Below, piece by piece: positions 53,601 to 64,000 of a stretch of DNA of 64,000 bases (position 1 is the first letter of the stretch; every line of letters begins with the position of its first letter). Below the pieces are notes generated by a model that saw only the letters and a list, made by a program, of their open reading frames with translations, ran no database searches and was not told the DNA's origin. This DNA is from Eledone cirrhosa (taxonomy: Eukaryota), in the NCBI GenBank assembly GCA_964016885.1, contig CAXHJY010001001.1, forward strand, positions 1 through 64,000, in the 5' to 3' direction. Made by a program: the position numbers and the translations under genes.

Positions 53601-56600
53601 TATGTATGGTGAGGGTATCCTAAGGCTGTGTCCTACAAATGTTATGCTAAATATGTATGGAGGAGGGTATCCTAAGACTGTGTCCTACAAATGTTATGCT
53701 AAATATGTATGGCGGAGGGTATCCTAAGGCTGTGTCCTACAAATGTTATGCTAAATATGTATGGTGAGGGTATCCTAAGGCTGTGTCCTACAAATGTTAT
53801 GCTAAATATGTATGGTGAGGGGTATCCTAAGGCTGTGTCCTACAAATGTTATGCTAAATATGTATGGCGGAGGGTATCCTAAGGCTGTGTCCTACAAATG
53901 TTATGCTAAATATGTATGGCGGGGGGTATCCTAAGGCTGTGTCCTACAAATGTTATGCTAAATATGTATGGCGGGGGTATCCTAAGGCTGTGTCCTACAA
54001 ATGTTATGCTAAATATGTATGGCGGGGGGTATCCTAAGGCTGTGTCCTACAAATGTTATGCTAAATATGTATGGTGAGGGGTATCCTAAGGCTGTGTCCT
54101 ACAAATGTTATGCTAAATATGTATGGCGGGGGGTATCCTAAGGCTGTGTCCTACAAATGTTATGCTAAATATGTATGGAGGAGGGTATCCTAAGGCTGTG
54201 TCCTACAAATGTTATGCTAAATATGTATGGTGAGGGGTATCCTAAGGCTGTGTCCTACAAATGTTATGCTAAATATGTATGGAGGAGGGTATCCTAAGGC
54301 TGTGTCCTACAAATGTTATGCTAAATATGTATGGCGGGGGGTATCCTAAGGCTGTGTCCTACAAATGTTATGCTAAATATGTATGGAGGAGGGTATCCTA
54401 AGGCTGTGTCCTACAAATGTTATGCTAAATATGTATGGAGGAGGGTATCCTAAGGCTGTGTCCTACAAATGTTATGCTAAATATGTATGGAGGAGGGTAT
54501 CCTAAGGCTGTGTCCTACAAATGTTATGCTAAATATGTATGGCGGAGGGTATCCTAAGGCTGTGTCCTACAAATGTTATGCTAAATATGTATGGAGGAGG
54601 CTATCCTAAGGCTGTGTCCTACAAATGTTATGCTAAATATGTATGGCGGAGGGTATCCTAAGGCTGTGTCCTACAAATGTTATGCTAAATATGTATGGCG
54701 GGGGGTATCCTAAGGCTGTGTCCTACAAATGTTATGCTAAATATTTATGGAGGAGGGTATCCTAAGGCTGTGTCCTACAAATGTTATGCTAAATATGTAT
54801 GGAGGAGGGTATCCTAAGGCTGTGTCCTACAAATGTTATGCTAAATATTTATGGAGGAGGGTATCCTAAGGCTGTGTCCTACAAATGTTATGCTAAATAT
54901 GTATGGAGGAGGGTATCCTAAGGCTGTGTCCTACAAATGTTATGCTAAATATGTATGGCGGGGGGTATCCTAAGGCTGTGTCCTACAAATGTTACGCTAA
55001 ATATGTATGGAGGAGGGTATCCTAAGGCTGTGTCCTACTAATGGTACGCTAAATATGTATGGTGAGGGTATCCTAAGGCTGTGTCCTACAAATGTTATGC
55101 TAAATATGTATGGTGAGGGTATCCTAAGGCTGTGTCCTACAAATGTTATGCTAAATATGTATGGTGAGGGTATCCTAAGGCTGTGTCCTACAAATGTTAT
55201 GCTAAATATGTATGGAGGAGGGTATCCTAAGGCTGTGTCCTACAAATGTTATGCTAAATATGTATGGTGAGGGTATCCTAAGGCTGTGTCCTACAAATGT
55301 TATGCTAAATATGTATGGAGGAGGGTATCCTAAGGCTGTGTCCTACAAATGTTATGCTAAATATGTATGGCGGGGGGTATCCTAAGGCTGTGTCCTACAA
55401 ATGTTACGCTAAATATGTATGGAGGAGGGTATCCTAAGGCTGTGTCCTACAAATGTTATGCTAAATATGTATGGAGGAGGGTATCCTAAGGCTGTGTCCT
55501 ACAAATGTTATGCTAAATATGTATGGTGAGGGTATCCTAAGGCTGTGTCCTACAAATGTTATGCTAAATATGTATGGAGGAGGGTATCCTAAGGCTGTGT
55601 CCTACAAATGTTATGCTAAATATGTATGGAGGAGGGTATCCTAAGGCTGTGTCCTACAAATGTTATGCTAAATATGTATGGAGGAGGGTATCCTAAGGCT
55701 GTGTCCTACAAATGTTATGCTAAATATGTATGGCGGGGGGTATCCTAAGGCTGTGTCCTACAAATGTTACGCTAAATATGTATGGAGGAGGGTATCCTAA
55801 GGCTGTGTCCTACTAATGGTACGCTAAATATGTATGGTGAGGGTATCCTAAGGCTGTGTCCTACAAATGTTATGCTAAATATGTATGGCGGAGTGTATCC
55901 TAAGGCTGTGTCCTACAAATGTTACGCTAAATATGTATGGAGGAGGGTATCCTAAGGCTGTGTCCTACTAATGTTATGCTAAATATGTATGGTGAGGGGT
56001 ATCCTAAGGCTGTGTCCTACAAATGTTATGCTAAATATGTATGGAGGAGGGTATCCTAAGGCTGTGTCCTACTAATGGTACGCTAAATATGTATGGTGAG
56101 GGTATCCTAAGGCTGTGTCCTACAAATGCTATGCTAAATATGTATGGAGGAGGGTATCCTAAGGCTGTGTCCTACAAATGTTATGCTAAATATGTATGGT
56201 GAGGGGTATCCTAAGGCTGTGTCCTACAAATGTTATGCTAAATATGTATGGCGGGGGGTATCCTAAGGCTGTGTCCTACAAATGTTATGCTAAATATGTA
56301 TGGCGGGGGGTATCCTAAGGCTGTGTCCTACAAATGTTATGCTAAATATGTATGGAGGAGGGTATCCTAAGGCTGTGTCCTACAAATGTTATGCTAAATA
56401 TGTATGGAGGAGGGTATCCTAAGGCTGTGTCCTACAAATGTTATGCTAAATATGTATGGTGAGGGGTATCCTAAGGCTGTGTCCTACAAATGTTATGCTA
56501 AATATGTATGGTGAGGGGTATCCTAAGGCTGTGTCCTACAAATGTTATGCTAAATATGTATGGCGGGGGGTATCCTAAGGCTGTGTCCTACAAATGTTAT

Positions 56601-59600
56601 GCTAAATATGTATGGCGGGGGGTACCCTAAGGCTGTGTCCTACAAATGTTATGCTAAATATGTATGGTGAGGGGTATCCTAAGGCTGTGTCCTACAAATG
56701 TTATGCTAAATATGTATGGCGGGGGGTATCCTAAGGCTGTGTCCTACAAATGTTATGCTAAATATGTATGGCGGGGGGTATCCTAAGGCTGTGTCCTACA
56801 AATGTTATGCTAAATATGTATGGCGGGGGGTATCCTAAGGCTGTGTCCTACAAATGTTATGCTAAATATGTATGGCGGGGGGTATCCTAAGGCTGTGTCC
56901 TACAAATGTTATGCTAAATATGTATGGCGGGGGGTATCCTAAGGCTGTGTCCTACAAATGTTATGCTAAATATGTATGGCGGGGGTATCCTAAGGCTGTG
57001 TCCTACAAATGTTATGCTAAATATGTATGGAGGAGGGTATCCTAAGGCTGTGTCCTACAAATGTTATGCTAAATATGTATGGAGGAGGGTATCCTAAGGC
57101 TGTGTCCTACAAATGTTATGCTAAATATGTATGGTGAGGGGTATCCTAAGGCTGTGTCCTACAAATGTTATGCTAAATATGTATGGAGGAGGGTATCCTA
57201 AGGCTGTGTCCTACAAATGTTATGCTAAATATGTATGGTGAGGGGTATCCTAAGGCTGTGTCCTACAAATGTTATGCTAAATATGTATGGCGGGGGGTAT
57301 CCTAAGGCTGTGTCCTACAAATGTTATGCTAAATATGTATGGAGGAGGGTATCCTAAGGCTGTGTCCTACAAATGTTATGCTAAATATGTATGGCGGGGG
57401 GTATCCTAAGGCTGTGTCCTACAAATGTTATGCTAAATATGTATGGTGAGGGGTATCCTAAGGCTGTGTCCTACAAATGTTATGCTAAATATGTATGGTG
57501 AGGGGTATCCTAAGGCTGTGTCCTACAAATGTTATGCTAAATATGTATGGAGGAGGGTATCCTAAGGCTGTGTCCTACAAATGTTATGCTAAATATGTAT
57601 GGTGAGGGGTATCCTAAGGCTGTGTCCTACAAATGTTATGCTAAATATGTATGGTGAGGGGTATCCTAAGGCTGTGTCCTACAAATGTTATGCTAAATAT
57701 GTATGGAGGGGGGTATCCTAAGGCTGTGTCCTACAAATGTTATGCTAAATATGTATGGAGGAGGGTATCCTAAGGCTGTGTCCTACAAATGTTATGCTAA
57801 ATATGTATGGTGAGGGGTATCCTAAGGCTGTGTCCTACAAATGTTATGCTAAATATGTATGGTGAGGGGTATCCTAAGGCTGTGTCCTACAAATGTTATG
57901 CTAAATATGTATGGAGGAGGGTATCCTAAGGCTGTGTCCTACAAATGTTATGCTAAATATGTATGGCGGGGGTATCCTAAGGCTGTGTCCTACAAATGTT
58001 ATGCTAAATATGTATGGAGGAGGGTATCCTAAGGCTGTGTCCTACAAATGTTATGCTAAATATGTATGGCGGGGGGTATCCTAAGGCTGTGTCCTACAAA
58101 TGTTATGCTAAATATGTATGGCGGGGGGTATCCTAAGGCTGTGTCCTACAAATGTTATGCTAAATATGTATGGTGAGGGGTATCCTAAGGCTGTGTCCTA
58201 CAAATGTTATGCTAAATATGTATGGCGGGGGGTATCCTAAGGCTGTGTCCTACAAATGTTATGCTAAATATGTATGGTGAGGGGGGTATCCTAAGGCTGT
58301 GTCCTACAAATGTTATGCTAAATATGTATGGTGAGGGGTATCCTAAGGCTGTGTCCTACAAATGTTATGCTAAATATGTATGGTGAGGGGTATCCTAAGG
58401 CTGTGTCCTACAAATGTTATGCTAAATATGTATGGCGGGGGGTATCCTAAGGCTGTGTCCTACAAATGTTATGCTAAATATGTATGGAGGAGGGTATCCT
58501 AAGGCTGTGTCCTACAAATGTTATGCTAAATATGTATGGCGGGGGGTATCCTAAGGCTGTGTCCTACAAATGTTATGCTAAATATGTATGGTGAGGGGTA
58601 TCCTAAGGCTGTGTCCTACAAATGTTATGCTAAATATGTATGGCGGGGGGTATCCTAAGGCTGTGTCCTACAAATGTTATGCTAAATATGTATGGTGAGG
58701 GGTATCCTAAGGCTGTGTCCTACAAATGTTATGCTAAATATGTATGGCGGAGGGTATCCTAAGGCTGTGTCCTACAAATGTTATGCTAAATATGTATGGC
58801 GGGGGGTATCCTAAGGCTGTGTCCTACAAATGTTATGCTAAATATGTATGGAGGAGGGTATCCTAAGGCTGTGTCCTACAAATGTTATGCTAAATATGTA
58901 TGGAGGAGGGTATCCTAAGGCTGTGTCCTACAAATGTTATGCTAAATATGTATGGCGGGGGGTATCCTAAGGCTGTGTCCTACAAATGTTATGCTAAATA
59001 TGTATGGAGGAGGGTATCCTAAGGCTGTGTCCTACAAATGTTATGCTAAATATGTATGGCGGGGGGTATCCTAAGGCTGTGTCCTACAAATGTTATGCTA
59101 AATATGTATGGCGGGGGGGGGGGGGTATCCTAAGGCTGTGTCCTACAAATGTTATGCTAAATATGTATGGTGAGGGGTATCCTAAGGCTGTGTCCTACAA
59201 ATGTTATGCTAAATATGTATGGCGGGGGGGGGGGGTATCCTAAGGCTGTGTCCTACAAATGTTATGCTAAATATGTATGGCGGGGGGGGGGGTATCCTAA
59301 GGCTGTGTCCTACAAATGTTATGCTAAATATGTATGGCGGGGGGGGGGGGTATCCTAAGGCTGTGTCCTACAAATGTTATGCTAAATATGTATGGCGGGG
59401 GGGGGTATCCTAAGGCTGTGTCCTACAAATGTTATGCTAAATATGTATGGCGGGGGGGGGGGTATCCTAAGGCTGTGTCCTACAAATGTTATGCTAAATA
59501 TGTATGGTGAGGGGTATCCTAAGGCTGTGTCCTACAAATGTTATGCTAAATATGTATGGCGGGGGGGGGGTATCCTAAGGCTGTGTCCTACAAATGTTAT

Positions 59601-62600
59601 GCTAAATATGTATGGCGGGGGGGGGGGTATCCTAAGGCTGTGTCCTACAAATGTTATGCTAAATATGTATGGCGGGGGGGGGGGGGTATCCTAAGGCTGT
59701 GTCCTACAAATGTTATGCTAAATATGTATGGCGGGGGGGGGGGTATCCTAAGGCTGTGTCCTACAAATGTTATGCTAAATATGTATGGCGGGGGGGGGGG
59801 TATCCTAAGGCTGTGTCCTACAAATGTTATGCTAAATATGTATGGTGAGGGGGTATCCTAAGGCTGTGTCCTACAAATGTTATGCTAAATATGTATGGCG
59901 GGGGGGGGGGGGTATCCTAAGGCTGTGTCCTACAAATGTTATGCTAAATATGTATGGCGGGGGGGGGGGGGTATCCTAAGGCTGTGTCCTACAAATGTTA
60001 TGCTAAATATGTATGGAGGAGGGTATCCTAAGGCTGTGTCCTACAAATGTTATGCTAAATATGTATGGAGGAGGGTATCCTAAGGCTGTGTCCTACAAAT
60101 GTTATGCTAAATATGTATGGAGGAGGGTATCCTAAGGCTGTGTCCTACAAATGTTACGCTAAATATGTATGGAGGAGGGTATCCTAAGGCTGTGTCCTAC
60201 AAATGTTATGCTAAATATGTATGGTGAGGGGTATCCTAAGGCTGTGTCCTACAAATGTTATGCTAAATATGTATGGAGGTGGGTATCCTAAGGCTGTGTC
60301 CTACAAATGTTATGCTAAATATGTATGGAGGAGGGTATCCTAAGGCTGTGTCCTACAAATGTTACGCTAAATATGTATGGAGGAGGGTATCCTAAGGCTG
60401 AGTCCTACAAATGTTATGCTAAATATGTATGGAGGAGGGTATCCTAAGGCTGTGTCCTACAAATGTTATGCTAAATATGTATGGTGAGGGGTATCCTAAG
60501 GCTGTGTCCTACAAATGTTATGCTAAATATGTATGGCGGGGGGTATCCTAAGGCTGTGTCCTACAAATGTTATGCTAAATATGTACGGAGGAGGGTATCC
60601 TAAGGCTGTGTCCTACAAATGTTATGCTAAATATGTATGGTGAGGGGTATCCTAAGGCTGTGTCCTACAAATGTTATGCTAAATATGTATGGTGAGGGGT
60701 ATCCTAAGGCTGTGTCCTACAAATGTTATGCTAAATACGTATGGTGAGGGGTATCCTAAGGCTGTGTCCTACAAATGTTATGCTAAATATGTATGGCGGG
60801 GGGTATCCTAAGGCTGTGTCCTACAAATGTTATGCTAAATATGTATGGCGGGGGGGGGGGGTATCCTAAGGCTGTGTCCTACAAATGTTATGCTAAATAT
60901 GTATGGCGGGGGGTATCCTAAGGCTGTGTCCTACAAATGTTATGCTAAATATGTATGGCGGGGGGGGGGGGTATCCTAAGGCTGTGTCCTACAAATGTTA
61001 TGCTAAATATGTATGGCGGGGGGTATCCTAAGGCTGTGTCCTACAAATGTTATGCTAAATATGTATGGAGGAGGGTATCCTAAGGCTGTGTCCTACAAAT
61101 GTTATGCTAAATATGTATGGTGAGGGGTATCCTAAGGCTGTGTCCTACAAATGTTATGCTAAATATGTATGGCGGGGGGGGGGGTATCCTAAGGCTGTGT
61201 CCTACAAATGTTATGCTAAATATGTATGGCGGGGGGGGGGGGTATCCTAAGGCTGTGTCCTACAAATGTTATGCTAAATATGTATGGTGAGGGGTATCCT
61301 AAGGCTGTGTCCTACAAATGTTATGCTAAATATGTATGGCGGGGGGGGGGGGGTATCCTAAGGCTGTGTCCTACAAATGTTATGCTAAATATGTATGGTG
61401 AGGGGTATCCTAAGGCTGTGTCCTACAAATGTTATGCTAAATATGTATGGCGGGGGGGGGGGTATCCTAAGGCTGTGTCCTACAAATGTTATGCTAAATA
61501 TGTATGGCGGGGGGGGGGGGTATCCTAAGGCTGTGTCCTACAAATGTTATGCTAAATATGTATGGAGGAGGGTATCCTAAGGCTGTGTCCTACAAATGTT
61601 ATGCTAAATATGTATGGTGAGGGTATCCTAAGGCTGTGTCCTACAAATGTTATGCTAAATATGTATGGCGGGGGGGGGGGGGTATCCTAAGGCTGTGTCC
61701 TACAAATGTTATGCTAAATATGTATGGCGGGGGGGGGGGGGTATCCTAAGGCTGTGTCCTACAAATGTTATGCTAAATATGTATGGAGGAGGGTATCCTA
61801 AGGCTGTGTCCTACAAATGTTATGCTAAATATGTATGGAGGAGGGTATCCTAAGGCTGTGTCCTACAAATGTTATGCTAAATATGTATGGAGGAGGGTAT
61901 CCTAAGGCTGTGTCCTACAAATGTTATGCTAAATATGTATGGAGGAGGGTATCCTAAGGCTGTGTCCTACAAATGTTATGCTAAATATGTATGGTGAGGG
62001 GTATCCTAAGGCTGTGTCCTACAAATGTTATGCTAAATATGTATGGCGGGGGGTATCCTAAGGCTGTGTCCTACAAATGTTATGCTAAATATGTATGGAG
62101 GAGGGTATCCTAAGGCTGTGTCCTACAAATGTTATGCTAAATATGTATGGAGGAGGGTATCCTAAGGCTGTGTCCTACAAATGTTATGCTAAATATGTAT
62201 GGTGAGGGGTATCCTAAGGCTGTGTCCTACAAATGTTATGCTAAATATGTATGGAGGAGGGTATCCTAAGGCTGTGTCCTACAAATGTTATGCTAAATAT
62301 GTATGGCGGGGGGTATCCTAAGGCTGTGTCCTACAAATGTTATGCTAAATATGTATGGCGGAGGGTATCCTAAGGCTGTGTCCTACAAATGTTATGCTAA
62401 ATATGTATGGCGGGGGGTATCCTAAGGCTGTGTCCTACAAATGTTATGCTAAATATGTATGGAGGAGGGTATCCTAAGGCTGTGTCCTACAAATGTTATG
62501 CTAAATATGTATGGCGGGGGGGGGGGGTATCCTAAGGCTGTGTCCTACAAATGTTATGCTAAATATGTATGGAGGAGGGTATCCTAAGGCTGTGTCCTAC

Positions 62601-64000
62601 AAATGTTATGCTAAATATGTATGGCGGGGGGTATCCTAAGGCTGTGTCCTACAAATGTTATGCTAAATATGTATGGAGGAGGGTATCCTAAGGCTGTGTC
62701 CTACAAATGTTATGCTAAATATGTATGGCGGGGGGTATCCTAAGGCTGTGTCCTACAAATGTTATGCTAAATATGTATGGTGAGGGGTATCCTAAGGCTG
62801 TGTCCTACAAATGTTATGCTAAATATGTATGGCGGGGGGGGGGGGTATCCTAAGGCTGTGTCCTACAAATGTTATGCTAAATATGTATGGAGGAGGGTAT
62901 CCTAAGGCTGTGTCCTACAAATGTTATGCTAAATATGTATGGCGGGGGGTATCCTAAGGCTGTGTCCTACAAATGTTATGCTAAATATGTATGGCGGGGG
63001 GTATCCTAAGGCTGTGTCCTACAAATGTTATGCTAAATATGTATGGCGGGGGGTATCCTAAGGCTGTGTCCTACAAATGTTATGCTAAATATGTATGGCG
63101 GGGGGTATCCTAAGGCTGTGTCCTACAAATGTTATGCTAAATATGTATGGCGGGGGGTATCCTAAGGCTGTGTCCTACAAATGTTATGCTAAATATGTAT
63201 GGTGAGGGGTATCCTAAGGCTGTGTCCTACAAATGTTATGCTAAATATGTATGGCGGGGGGGGGGGTATCCTAAGGCTGTGTCCTACAAATGTTATGCTA
63301 AATATGTATGGCGGGGGGGGGGGGTATCCTAAGGCTGTGTCCTACAAATGTTATGCTAAATATGTATGGAGGAGGGTATCCTAAGGCTGTGTCCTACAAA
63401 TGTTATGCTAAATATGTATGGCGGGGGGTATCCTAAGGCTGTGTCCTACAAATGTTATGCTAAATATGTATGGCGGGGGGTATCCTAAGGCTGTGTCCTA
63501 CAAATGTTATGCTAAATATGTATGGAGGAGGGTATCCTAAGGCTGTGTCCTACAAATGTTATGCTAAATATGTATGGCGGGGGGTATCCTAAGGCTGTGT
63601 CCTACAAATGTTATGCTAAATATGTATGGCGGGGGGGGGGGGTATCCTAAGGCTGTGTCCTACAAATGTTATGCTAAATATGTATGGCGGGGGGGGGGGG
63701 GGGTATCCTAAGGCTGTGTCCTACAAATGTTATGCTAAATATGTATGGCGGGGGGTATCCTAAGGCTGTGTCCTACAAATGTTATGCTAAATATGTATGG
63801 CGGGGGGTATCCTAAGGCTGTGTCCTACAAATGTTATGCTAAATATGTATGGAGGAGGGTATCCTAAGGCTGTGTCCTACAAATGTTATGCTAAATATGT
63901 ATGGCGGGGGGTATCCTAAGGCTGTGTCCTACAAATGTTATGCTAAATATGTATGGCGGGGGGGGGGGGTATCCTAAGGCTGTGTCCTACAAATGTTATG
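47687..64000. repeat. 52-bp satellite array, over 16 kb (about 310 units), runs off the window
   Basis: Unit gtatcctaaggctgtgtcctacaaatgttatgctaaatatgtat plus a variable G-rich octamer (ggaggagg / ggtgaggg / ggcggggg / poly-G). Confidence 0.97.

Noticed and set aside
47687-64000. CRISPR-like look (constant repeat plus variable segment) and repeated ORFs
   Set aside because: The variable part is only about 8 nt with a few recurring states. There are no unique spacers or cas genes and the context is eukaryotic. The ORFs are satellite translations.

Overview
Repeat-saturated, AT-rich animal genomic DNA, probably from a cephalopod such as an octopus (inferred from the SINE types and microsatellite load, not proven). 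The only host gene visible is two internal minus-strand exons of a betaine-homocysteine S-methyltransferase-like gene (7473-7663, 4768-4962). The rest is microsatellite, minisatellites, a 16-kb 52-bp satellite (47.7-64 kb), tRNA-headed SINEs, decayed RTE and CR1/L2-type LINEs, Helitron-like non-autonomous elements, a TTAA MITE and three decayed Penelope-like elements (PLEs; YRDD-type RT plus C-terminal GIY-YIG). The notable hidden layer, read by eye, is a dense set of minimal type-I hammerhead ribozyme (HHR) motifs: about 10 with intact cores plus several degenerate ones, from at least 7 sequence families. They sit in short non-coding elements inserted in (TA)n, and nearly all show fold-back architecture. 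One family forms a 476-bp tandem array (retrozyme-like) in sense orientation within an intron of the methyltransferase gene. Most ORFs in the supplied track are translations of simple repeats.
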